64,000 nucleotides of DNA from Nymphaea colorata (lineage: Eukaryota): assembly GCF_008831285.2 (NCBI RefSeq), contig NC_045138.2, forward strand, positions 12,276,001-12,340,000, in the 5' to 3' direction. A program made the position numbers and the translations under genes. The notes beneath the pieces were generated by a model. The model ran no database searches. It was not told the DNA's origin and saw only the letters and a list, made by a program, of their open reading frames with translations. Positions 1 to 11,962 of this stretch are shown here, one piece after another (position 1 is the stretch's first letter; every line of letters starts with the position of its first letter).

Positions 1-88
1 GTCACCTCCGGTGGCCAGATTTCTTTAGAATCAGTAAACATGATCATGTGGTAGACAGCAGGGAGCACTCCCTCTCAAGAACAACCTG

Positions 89-100
89 GCTCTGATACCA
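89..100 (-). promoter_or_regulatory. Primer-binding site (tRNA-iMet)
   Basis: gctctgatacca is the reverse complement of TGGTATCAGAGC and abuts the LTR terminal CA. Confidence 0.9.
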
Positions 101-478
101 TGTTGAAAAACATTGTATCCAAGAAAAAAAGTAGCTAGATAAAAAACAGAAAACAGAGAGAACATGGATTTATGTGGTTTGGCAATTTTAAGCCTACATC
201 CACGAGAAGGAAAAGAATTGATTCTCATTGAATTGATTGTGCATCTGATCTCGGTACAACTCCAATATATAGAAGACGAGAGCACAGAAACAGGAATTTG
301 ATAAACATGACCTTCATAGCAAGAAAAAGGGAAGCTAATCTCTTATCTCTTTTCCAAAGGACTTGATCTGATCTGCTTCCCAATTTTAGCTTGACTCAAT
401 CTTCTTTGTTTTTCCTGATTTTTTGGCATCATCTGTTCTATCTTGGTGCACTAGATTCCCTTCCAGAAGTTTCCAACA
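101..478 (-). mobile_element. 5' LTR (378 bp) of a minus-strand LTR retrotransposon, probably Copia; internal region runs off the left edge
   Basis: Minus strand reads TGTTGGAA...TTTTCAACA, immediately followed by TGGTATCAGAGC (plus 89-100 gctctgatacca), the tRNA-iMet PBS. Confidence 0.8.
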
Positions 479-2450
479 ATTGGATCGAAAAAGTCAGAAC
501 ATCTTCCTACTAAAACTTTCTGTAGTTTTCCATTAAAACAAAGTTTTTGCCAACTTCGTCATGCCATAACTTGTTCTTCGTATGTTGTCTTTATGTGGTT
601 ACATCTAAGACCTTTTATTTGGTAAGAGTATTCGTTTATGATGTTATGTGAATCCAAGCACATTTGATAGGTCAAAACCCTTCCAAACTGGGCAGGCTAA
701 TCATGTTCACTGACTTTTTTCTGAGCTATTTAGTTTTCTGCACTCAGTTCAGCATATCATAACTTGTTTCTCACACCATGTTTTTTAATATCCATAAAAT
801 CGGTTTGATTCTCTGATATACAGGCAGCCTAACCACCAAATTCAGTCAAAGCTGAAATCATTTTTGGCAGGGTTTTCGGTATCCCAAATTTTGTCATTTA
901 CCAACCTACTGTAGTCTGTCTTACAAAACTTCATGATTTCTGTCCAAGTTTTCTGGCTGCATATAGCATCGATCCAAAATATTTTTGTCAATCTAGCAGC
1001 TAGGCAAGTTTGTCGCATGTATAGAGCCTTCAAGCACAGTTTCAACCAAAACCACATCATTTACTATGCTTTTCACTCGTCTAAAGTTGGCAGTCGATCC
1101 ATACTTCATGTCTTCACTATTTTGCAGAAATCTACTTTCCAATTTCTCGATCAACAACCTATCTTTGTTTTATATGAAGTATGTGTTTCGTTCCAAGTGT
1201 GATCCACCTTCTTTTATGTACCTAGGATGCTATCGTTGAGTTTGGTTGCTCGTTAGAAGTGTCTCCTCTGGTGTTTCCATAACCTGCAAGTCGTTTATAC
1301 CTCATTTTCTTTCTCTTTTTCATCCCAGGTCATTTATTTGCATGGTATGCTTAGGATAGGCATTCCAATATGGGTGAGGAGTTTTTGTTATGTTTCATAT
1401 AGTTTCAAATCATTTGGTTGATCAGCTAGATGAAATCTCCATCTGTATTCTATTTCTAGTCTAACTCGTTTCAGAAGAGGTTTTTCTCAAATCATCTTCT
1501 TTACCCTCGTTAGTAATCTTTGTGCATCTTTAAAGGTTTAATAGTATTTGTCTAGGCTTTGTCCACTGTTATAGGGTAGTCCTTCATGTCTCACTTGCAA
1601 ATCACAATTGAGCATGTCGTGTTATGCTCTTTTGCTTAGTTTGACATCTTGTCAAGTTAGATTACTAGGATCATTTATTCCTGCATCCACGTAGATCTTT
1701 AGGACTTCATTCAGGGAAACAAATTACAAAAGTCAAGGAGACTTCTTAGCAATGTTCTCATGTTGCTAATCAACCCCGAATTATGTACATTGTCCCATCC
1801 ATGGAGAATTATAATTCCATTATGTTATGTCCTACCGTAGTTTGCATTACATATGGTTTGTTTCTGCATTATACTAGTGCATAATGGTTTCTCATGTATG
1901 GCATAACCCGTGACTCGGATTGATAGATGACCGGGTCATCGGGTCGAGTTTTAAAATAATCATAAACTAAAACACTACAGCTGGATTGGGCGAGTCAGGG
2001 GCCAAGTCAAGGACGAGCCGGGCCAACCTTGACTCGTGCCTAGGTTTTTTAGCGATTTGAGCTGACTCGGGTGATTCCTGAGCCAACCCGGCAAGTCAGC
2101 CAACTATGATATATGACACACTTTAAATTTTCAATTTCTCATGTGTTAGTTAAATATGAATGCCTTCACACATGTGTACCTTCTTATTAGAAATCGATAT
2201 CAGTTTGGCACCATCTGGGTAGTTATATGAATCTTCCTTTCCTGAGAAGGTCGAATACCTTCGTGTCTTCTAGGATACAGTTGCCAACTAGCATCGTATC
2301 TTCAAAAATGCTCTCAGCAAGTTTTTAACTCTGTTTTGAAGATCAAGTTAGAAAATAGCATTTGAAATGAAGTTAGAAACTTGGATTTTAAAGATTGTCC
2401 ATGAATAGACGAGTTTCACTTGACTATCCCATCTCCAACTCTACAAGTTG
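479..2450 (+). mobile_element. Decayed fragment of long LTR family B (Tat/Ogre-like)
   Basis: 1575-1780 and 2135-2300 align by eye with 41825-42010 and 42150-42310 (e.g. gagaaggtcgaataccttcgtgtcttctagga vs gagaaagtcgaatgcgttggtatcttctatgg). Boundaries approximate. Confidence 0.6.
1902..2108. mobile_element. Short hAT-type MITE remnant inserted in the LTR-B fragment
   Basis: GC-rich gactcg/acccg repeats absent from the homologous copy at ~42125; termini CATA...TATG; degenerate 8-bp TSD atgtatgg/atatatga. Confidence 0.5.
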
Positions 2451-5400
2451 AAAGGATCTATGGGGCCATTCAAGTGATGTGATCATGTGATGTCTTCCAT
2501 TCTTCCCAATAATGTGTTTTATGTGATTTTCATTTGAGATAGCTAAATAAGTAATGCAATGGCAAAAGATAATTTCGAATTAAAGTACATTGAGCGAGCT
2601 TGTTTGTAGTACATCTGCATTGCGTTTTACCTGTATGATTAATCCTAATCTATCTCGAGATGTGCTCACAACACATATATGTATATTTTCTTAAAATTGC
2701 ACTTGTCACCCATATGGACGGATAATCATGTGGCAGTCTCGGGCATGGCAAGTGATGTAGGTCGACTGAGTAATGACGGAGAGGGTGTGCTAGGCCTCGA
2801 AGAAGCCAGTGTTTGACTGGTCGTACTAAGGCCAGGCCAGGCCACACATGGGCAGGCGGCCTTGGTAGTACATAATGTATTATACGCTGTATGGTGTTAG
2901 AGATAAGGTCCCCAATCTCCTCCACCCGGCTACTAGAGGAGCTAATCGTTGTTGGTTGGCCACCTAATTGGGTATCACTGTGGGCTAAGGCATCATAGAA
3001 AGACAAGCTTGATTCATAGTCGTGGCAGAATGTCAACAGATCGGATATACTCTTTATCATATCCAATTTTTTGGATATACATATTTTCGGATTTGAATTC
3101 AGATGAAAGGAAATTTAAATAATATTTGAATCCCACTTTTAAAACAATATCCGATTCCGATCCGAATCCGACTTTTAAATAAAAATCTGGTTCCGAATCC
3201 GAATCTGACTTTAAAACCAAATCCGGTTCCCATCCGAAATCGAAAATCTGACTTTTAAATTCAAAATCTGATTAAAATCCGAATCCAACTTTTTTATTCA
3301 AAATCCAACTAAAATCTGAATCCGACTTTTTAATTCAAAATCGGATTAAAATACGATCCAACTTTTTAATTCAATATCCGATTTCAATCCGAATCCAAAT
3401 TTTATATTTAAAGATCCCATTCTGATATGAAGACTTTCTAATTTGACATCCAAAACTAACTTTTAAATTGCTAACAAGTCTGGCTAGCGAGATAATTCAA
3501 GCCTCCAAGGACGTTAATGACCAATAGTTTTTTTTCTAAAAACAAAAAACGCCCAAATCATAAAGAGGGAGCCACCTCATACACTGTCCAATAAGTTTTC
3601 ATTAAATATCTAGGCATCTGCAAAAAACTATATAGTCTGAAGCCTTCAAGGCCTCAATTCTTGTCTTTCATAATCACAAAATTTAATGAATCTTCAGTCA
3701 CTTGAGGTTGTCAAAGAAACTTGATGGAATCTCTCTGGAAGAACTCAAAACTGATATACAATTGAACTGTTATAACATACAAACGAAAGTAATTGGTGAG
3801 AAAGGAACAAAACGTTAATTCTCAAAACAAAACTCTGATAGGATACAAAAGTCTACCTTCTAATGTGTCTTTTCCCATCACTGCTAGTAAGGTGGACTAC
3901 TTTTTCCTCAATTGCAGGTCGTGTATAATATGGACACAATCCTTGCACTCAATTGGTTTATATTAGGTGTTATTCTGCAAAACCATTGCTCCAAATAATA
4001 ATGCATAGACTCTGAACATCTCCCATAGACTCCACTCGTTCCCTATCAAACTCCAGAACAAGAAAGAAATACAATGAGAAAAGTCGTAAAACATGTTTTT
4101 CTTCAAGTGAGAAAAGTGAGAAAAGGCAAACGAAAGAAAAGGTTTCAAACGTTACTCAGCAGAAAAAAAAACACACATAAATTTGCTTCCAGTAACCACC
4201 TAGTTCAGGCAGAACCAATGTAAGCAGCACATTATACAAAGTCTTCATCACAATACTCTATTTTTAAAATATTTACCTCGACCAACAACAAACACTTTGT
4301 ATTTTTTGTAGCTCTGTGATGGCTGAGCCTATGTGAACACAAAGTGTGCAAACAAACAAGGTAACATACTCATGAAAGGATCCATATTTAAATCCTAACC
4401 AAGAAACCCTTCGGCCTTGAAACCTTAAAACCAGTCAGCATACTCGCAAACAATTTGTTGATAATAAGAATGAAGCATCAAAACAAGAGGGAAACCTGCT
4501 TATACATCGTGGCCTCTTATAGTTGAACTGCTGAATCACTGCGGAATCGCTCAAACCACGTGCAACATCTCTACCATCGGAAGAAATTGATGCTAGTAAC
4601 ATGGCATTGTCACAAAAGACTAAGTATGTCCAACATCAATATACAAATTGTTCACACCTGTTCCATCAAAAATATCCAATTAGCAGTCTGAATTCTCTCT
4701 GTAGATTGAGCAATTACTAAACCACGACAAAAGGAAAATATAGCACAACAAAATAACACTTAATTTGATAAACCAAGTATGGTGTCGCCCAACAGCAAAA
4801 TGCACTACTAGCGTGAGAGTAAAAAGCGAAACAGTGCCAAAACTCTCAGAAGCAAGATACACAAGCTGCTAGCCGAGTATCTCGTCAAGTTCGCTTCGTT
4901 GAATCTGCCCACCTGTAAATGGGAGATGGAACCTCCTGCTCATATAAACTGGGACCGCTTAATGGCGGACATTCTCAGGTAGGATGTCGTGGCCTGCTTA
5001 TGCCGTCTCTTGTATACGCTGCTAATGCGCTTTTCACTCAGGAGAGGTGTAGAGGTTCCTGAAAGTCAGTGGTGCGAACCAGGGAAACAAGCGGCATTGG
5101 AAATGCTGATGGGTAGCAAGAACGGGCTCTTGACTAGTAGACTGAAGAACAAATTGACCGATCGGAATAATCCCATGAAACCAAAAGGGCTTTCGGGGCT
5201 CTCACCGTACCTGCATTTTGGGTAAGTCTGCACAATGACGTGCTTTAGAGGCGGGCAAGTTTCGGAAGATGCATCCACAGGTTCTCTGCCTGCAGCCCTG
5301 CTCAGTGCTCTCTCCATCTCTCGTGCTTCCTTTCTCACTCTTTCATTCTATTTCTCCATCTCTGGCTCTCTCCCTCGCACTCTCTTCCTGCAGCGACGCT

Positions 5401-5683
5401 GCGTTTTTGCCCTTTTCGAAGCATCAAAATAAGGCAAACCTATGTCACAGCGGTACCGGTACGGGTGCTGGTATGGGTAAATCATTACGGGTACGGAAAA
5501 ATGAGTATGGGTACAACGTTTTTGCAAATCATGGTACGGATACCGTGTATTTTTTATACGATAATATTAAATTTTTTTAATTAAAAAATTATAATTTTTA
5601 AGAATATATAGTGAGAAAAATTCTTTTGTAAATGCATCAACAATTAAGCCACTTGATATGAATTTTTCTAAAAAGAAGTTACA

Positions 5684-8600
5684 TGATACGTGCCTAATTT
5701 TGGCACCGTCGAGGACTGCCGAGGGCATGGCCAACAGCCATGGAGTGGAGCCGACCAGCGGTGTAGGGTGTAGCTGGGCACGTCGATTACCACCTAACAA
5801 GCCTACACCCTCTTTCTCTTGTGAGGTTAACCTTGGCATGGTTCAGGGTTTGACACTTGTAGACCCTTCGGGGATTACTTATGTGGCTGTAGTGGGAGGA
5901 GCGGGCGGAGCAGCTAAGGTCGAAAAAGGGGAAACAGGGCTTGGACCGAGTTCAGAGATTGAAGACCGGCATGACAGTGGACCAGGACCCGGTTTAGGCC
6001 AGACCAAAGTAAGATGTCAAGACCTTAACCAAGGTACGAAGCAGCCTAGGATGAACCTAGGCAAGTTATACTCGGACCCACAAGTCCGGGACATATTGGA
6101 GCGGGCAAAACGAGTTTGGATCCATGCCCATTTGCTTTATATTATTATTGTCTTAGTGTTTTTTGTATTGTCTTGTTTTGAGACGTTTTTAGAATCGATT
6201 TGCTTAAGTTTTTTGGACTGTCTTAGGTTAGGAGTAAGTACATAGATACGCTCTCTCTTGTATATATTCTCTAGGGTGTAAAACCCTGGGTAAGCTTTTG
6301 ATAATGAAGAATTGATTTTTGTCACTTTCTCTCTCCTCTGCGTGAGGGATCTTCTCCACTAGTTCTCACCGGTGACGGCCGGAAACTCCTCTTCAAACCT
6401 CCATTACCGGCGACGGCTGGTTCGTGCTCTTCTTCAACCTCACGGCCTCCTCTATCTTAGCATCTTCCTCTTCTAAACTACCTTCTTTCAACAGCCGAAG
6501 GAGCTACGAGCGGAAGATCTGAAGTCGAAGCTTCCGGGCAGCACCTTGTCTTCTTCACCTCACGTTTTTACCCCAAATCAGCAAGACAAGGAGACCACAG
6601 TGCATTCCTCGACATCCACAACAAGGCTTAGAGGCCGGATCTTCAATCGGGAAGGCGGACGAGGGCTGATTTCATCACAGATATGGTAGAGTCTACCCGA
6701 CGCTACAAGGACACGGATCAACCCCTTAAACAAGGCAAGTGCTCGAGTTTCCCTCGGTATTTTCCTTTGGGTTGACCGCGGAAAGGAATCTCGTTCTCGG
6801 ACGCGCGTGCGCAGGCGGAATTCCAGAAACATACGCCTGTTCAAAGAGCTATATCTGAAGATGTACTGGGAGTTAGAAGACAAGCCATACTCCATTGGAA
6901 TCGTCTCGGCATCCTCTACAACATATCCAAATTTGGTAGCGATCAGAGTTCGTTTAGTTGGTCAAATAAGAGCAGGAACAGATCACATTCCACAACTACG
7001 ATTCTGTCATTTCCAGAAATAGGTTGTTGTTCTTCGATCTGAATCTGGCGATTCCTTGAGAGTTTCATCGCGTACAATATGTCGTTGGATTCTTCTTGAG
7101 GTCAGCTACCATCTGTTCAAATTTCACTAAGAGCAAAGTTCATTTGGGTATCAGAATCTGCGGCAAAACAGATCTGTGTCGCCGCAGTCGTTCTGCCGCA
7201 GCCAACAGTAGACCGGTCTGATCAACGGTCATTTTTTGGTGATCCGTCGGAAGTATGAAGGAGTTCTTGGTACCGTTGGATTCGTCTCAATCCCAATACA
7301 ACATATCCAAAAATCACGTTGATCGGACGTCATTTGACTGGTGAAATATTGACGGAAACAGGACTATCTGCAGACCAACTTGGGAGAACTAAGGCCAATT
7401 GCACCGGCGTAGCCAACCGGTGAAAGCATCACCCATTCCAGCAACGAATTAGGTTTTTCGGTGATCTGGCGAAGTTTTCTAAATTGCCCATGCTTACATG
7501 ATTATTCCTTTTATTTGGATATGATCGTTTGGCCTATTTTTGTCATTTGTTTGAATTGAGGACGCACGGGAATCAACTCCAAATCCCAGCCACCGCACTT
7601 GCCTCGTCTTCACACGAAGCTAAGTTGGAAGGAGTCAAGGTTGCCCAAGCAGCTTCTCACGACCTTCATCAAGGCCCTACACGTGTCAATCATCCTTGGC
7701 GTGATAAAGAAAGGCAACCAGCAACGAGTGAATGTGGACGCCATTCCCTCCAAGTGCATGCAACGGATAAAGGCAACCTTAGCGCCAATCTTGGAAGGTA
7801 CGTGAGCTGTCCAAGCACAGCGAAAAGGAGATCCTCCACCTGCCAATGTTGGAGGAGATATTATTGGAGGAAGCTCGCTCATGTTGCCACCTTACTTTAC
7901 GTCCAAAAAGGCAATCCTATCCGCCAAGATTGGAGGAGTCATTCTCAAAAAGGAGCCAGCCCACCACACCATCCCTTGCCAACTCGTCCCAACCCAAAAG
8001 GTCAAGTTCTCTCGCCTTTCCCTCTCCCATTCGTTCCTAATTTCTAGCCGGGCTCCTAGATTATAGCCTATCACCCGCCGAAGCAGGAAACTTCCCCACT
8101 CGCCTTCCTTATCCTCCACGCGCCATTCCCCCTTCCTTATGGATTCACTTTCCTAAACCTTTACCACATCACCTACCCATTGCTACCAAGGAGATCTTTC
8201 CTAATCTAGGGAGCTCTATCTTGTGCAATAATTCATAACCATAATTGGACCTCTTTTCCTCTTTACCCTTGACCGAACCTAGCCTCGCATGAACCTAACT
8301 CAGCTAGACCCATGTGATCTAGCCCACCTAAGGTCAATCTTGACCGAGTCCTAGACCGAGCCTACTTATTAGGCATTGACCGAACCCACCAACCTAGTCT
8401 CACCCGAACCTACTTCACCCGAGTCCATTCCATTCCAGTCCGAGCTAACCTACCCTCCACCCAAGTCAGACCTAGCCTACCCTCAACTAAAGGCGGACCA
8501 CCTCTACTACGAGGCCGAGCAAGGAGTGTACCCAAGTGGGCGACATCTTCACAAGGAGTTGACGCCAACTTCACCTCCTCCATAGCGGCAAGGCGTGCCG

Positions 8601-9240
8601 CTTATCAAGGTAGATCTCAGCCCCCGAGCAATAGCCATCTACGGCGTGAGTCAACCTCTTCCTCGGCCAGGAGGGCCGAGCCTCTTCATTGTCCGTTGCT
8701 GCAATACCCGAGGTCTGGTTTTTACCTCTGGGTCATCTTGCGGATTTAGCCAAGCTTAGCCTTGGCTAGTGATCTTCTCAACCCCCTATAGCTACGTGGA
8801 TTGAGTGTTTTATTACATGCTTTGCTTTTAGCCTGGCTACGACCATTGCCTTGACCAGTGGTATCTCTAAGGCCCAAGAGCTGAGGACACGACCGTGGGG
8901 GCAGCAGCCTACCTATTGGGATTGGTTGTGGTTTGCACGTTCATTAGGCATGTATGACAAGATGGTTTGGTTGTATGGTTTGTGAGTGAGGATTGAGAGC
9001 TTCATTTGTATTGCTCACGCTTTGTACAGCCTTCAAACCCATTCTTTGTAGTAGGGAGTAAGCCTCACGGGTTGGGATACACCAGACTTGTACCGCTTTT
9101 GCGTCGGAGTCCTGTCCGGCCGGGTTTTGAAATTGTAAATAATTTGTTTTTGGTTTTGTTCGACGGCTCGTCCGAGACATCTTGGGAGAGGATCGACATC
9201 TGGCAGAGATCTTGGACGATGCCGGGTCTTGGTCCTAACA
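5684..9240 (+). repeat. 5' LTR (3557 bp)
   Basis: TG...CA termini, collinear with 11963-15511, followed by the PBS. Confidence 0.95.
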
Positions 9241-9242
9241 AT

Positions 9243-9254
9243 TGGTATTAGAGC
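9243..9254 (+). promoter_or_regulatory. PBS (tRNA-iMet, one mismatch)
   Basis: tggtattagagc, 2 nt after the LTR end. Confidence 0.85.
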
Positions 9255-10331
9255 GAGATCAGAGTACAGTCTTGAAGTGTGGGACAGTTTTCAGATTTTG
9301 GTAATTCAGTGTCAATAGGAGTTGCAGATTTCTGTTTTAGAGTAGTTTTTAGTTTCTGGACTATCGCAGCCAGCAGGAGTGCACAGGCGATATCAGGGAT
9401 CAAACGACCTTGTATTTGGCTGAAATTTGGTGTAGAGCTTCATAATTATATATGCTTTAAAAATATTATAGAGAACCATACAAAATTCTTCCGAAATCTT
9501 GGACATTTTGGCCCTACCCTGGACTGATAGCCTGAGCGGACAGAACCTGTCCGGGTGATAGTCTGCCAAGAAGATTGCGATGGTCCGAAGGCTTCCCGTG
9601 GTCAAAACCTACTGAAATTTTATGGGTAGTCAGATAAGTATTCCAACCTTGTGTTGATCAATTTTGGAGACGAAATTCCACCATTTGGAACTTCTGTGCA
9701 TTAGTCTTTGACTGCCTGAAAAACAGTCTAGACTGTGGTTGTGCACACCGCACAACACCAAGGTGCTTGAGCTCGAGGTGCGCTGCGAGGCGTCAGGCAG
9801 ACGTGATAGTTTAAGCCCCACTTTTGGGCCCGGCTGAGTGCAAGAGTTAGCAACCGAGGCACCAGGTGGGCGCGGTGACAGGCGGACTAGTTCCATCTTC
9901 CTTAAACGCACACGGAACAGATAGTGGCAGCTATCGTGGCAGTTGTTGAGCAGTTTGGGTTCAGTAGAGCAGTTTTTCAGCATGTTTACTTCAGCATTAG
10001 AGTTGCTTTCACAGTTTGTGTTTGGTAGAATAGATGGCGGATATAGGTGTCCGTCTTGCAGAACCAAAGATGGATCTATTTTTGAGCACCTACCTGAACG
10101 GAGGATTCATGAAGGACACCCTATTAATCCAAGAGGATGACATGGACCAAGGTCCAAGATGGATGTATATCACGGCCGGTAGTGATTACGAATGTGATTT
10201 GAAGTTCTGACACCCTAGCATACTAGGGCATCATTTAAGTTAGCCATGATAAAAATACCCAAGCAATCTGGATCGCCAATACCACTTACACGGGTAGACT
10301 TATTGTGGCTGGACTTGAGACGAGATTTTAG

Positions 10332-11927
10332 CAATGGGTGCAAATCTACCATGGGGAAGCTATCCAAGTTGGATCTTTGCACCAATGCTTTGTGTTGGAG
10401 GAAAGACCCTCTTTTGTTACCAAGGAGCAAAAAGAATCTTGTGTGGAGCTAAGTGACGAAAGTGAAGATGAAGAGGAAACCTCCTTTGAATCTAATAATG
10501 AGAGTAGTGACTCAGATTCGTCAAGTGAAGATGGTGAAAGTTCAGATTCACCAAGTGAGGCGTATCGTGGGGCAGTAATGAATGAAATCAGGAAAATGTA
10601 TAGGGCATTGATTTCTGATAAAACAGCCTTAACTAAAGAAGTTAGTCATCTGAAGACCATGGCCCAAGGCCAAGACGTACAAGGTGACAAAGGAAAATGA
10701 ATCCTCAGGACTCCTAGTCCACCCTTTTCCAAAGGCAACATAAGCATAAGCCATGAAGATAAGACCATGGGTATATTACCTCAGCCACCTCCAAGGCAAA
10801 ACAGGGAACACTAAGGCTTATATGCCTATGCCAACAAAGGCATTCTTGCAAGGCCCACATCTCATCATGGGAAAACACACTTGGTGTCTTTCCCTACCTC
10901 AACTACATGTGACTCCACTCCAACTCCTAAAGTGGTAGTCAATCCAAAGAGGACAATACCAAGTGCCCAACCGAAGCCTATGGAGGAAAATGTTGGGAAA
11001 TTCGGCACTATAGAGCCCAAGATGGATGAGAAAGTAACAATGTGTCAAGCTTTGGCCGAAACTACCAAGAGCTTGAATGGAGAGAATGGGCTCGCACCTT
11101 TTGAGAGCATCATGCATGACGATGACATAGAAGTGATACGATGCCAGCTACGAGACGAGCTCAAAGTCGGTACCTCCCATGGCTATGTTGAAGAGCCTCT
11201 TATACTCCTCACAGAAGAAAGGATCCCCGAGTCCTCATGCGCGGTCCCTAAGAATCATGTCACGGGACCACTCAAATGCATAGAAGAGGACAAGCAACTT
11301 GTGCCTTCCACACAAGTTGAACGTGCTCCAAGTGCACCATTATCACCACAGCCCCTCACTCCTAAGTGTAAGGCAAAGCTTAAGGAGGGTGGTAGTGCTA
11401 AGAAAGATTTCAAGAGCAAACTACAAAGGACAGCCATTTGTGAGCTACTCCAAAAAGAAGTTAATGTATGCAATGCTCACAGAAGGGTGGCCAAGAAGGT
11501 ACCGGGCCACAATGAGAAAGAGGATCTCTTTCCCATGCCTTGGAAGAGATTCAATACCCCCGGTCTAGAGGGCTATGCTATAGAGATTGAAGGATCACCT
11601 AGTCCCTTAGATATCCAAATCTCGGGATCTACTCACTCGCCCCTTACACATGATCCGGGAAATGTTGGCGCAGCCGAAGCGTGGCTGGATGTAGATGCTA
11701 TTATAGGTCCATGATTACTCCTTATGGGCCAACGCGGGAGCCCAAGAGTTGGACGCATATGGCAGGCCCATGATAGGGGCAAACCACGCATGGAGATGGA
11801 GAACCCGCAAGAGCCCAAGTATGTTCTTGGGCAGCAAAGGTGAGATTATGGACCCAATCACATGCATGAGTGCTTGGGAGAGTTGGTTGGAGCAATACAG
11901 GTCGCCCATGGAGACATCATGGCATGA
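10332..11927 (+). pseudogene. Decayed internal ORF of the LTR element (~530 codons), function unknown, possibly diverged gag-derived
   Basis: ORFs 10338-10700 and 10881-11714 share a frame; read-through 10332-11927 has only 4 internal stops (10698, 10812, 11712, 11841). Confidence 0.6.
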
Positions 11928-11948
11928 GCTTGAGGTCAAGCTCGATGT

Positions 11949-11960
11949 AAGGAGGGTGAA
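11949..11960 (+). promoter_or_regulatory. Polypurine tract
   Basis: aaggagggtgaa, 2 nt before the 3' LTR TG. Confidence 0.8.
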
Positions 11961-11962
11961 TC

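Noticed and set aside
5658..6245. 195-aa ORF
   Set aside because: It starts outside the element, crosses the insertion junction and is broken by a stop in the other LTR (12323); chance ORF.
7529..8047. 172-aa ORF with a counterpart at 13876-14298
   Set aside because: The recurrence is just LTR duplication; several overlapping frames are open in this GC-rich stretch; no domain motif; the 5' part is frameshifted by the 31-bp indel.
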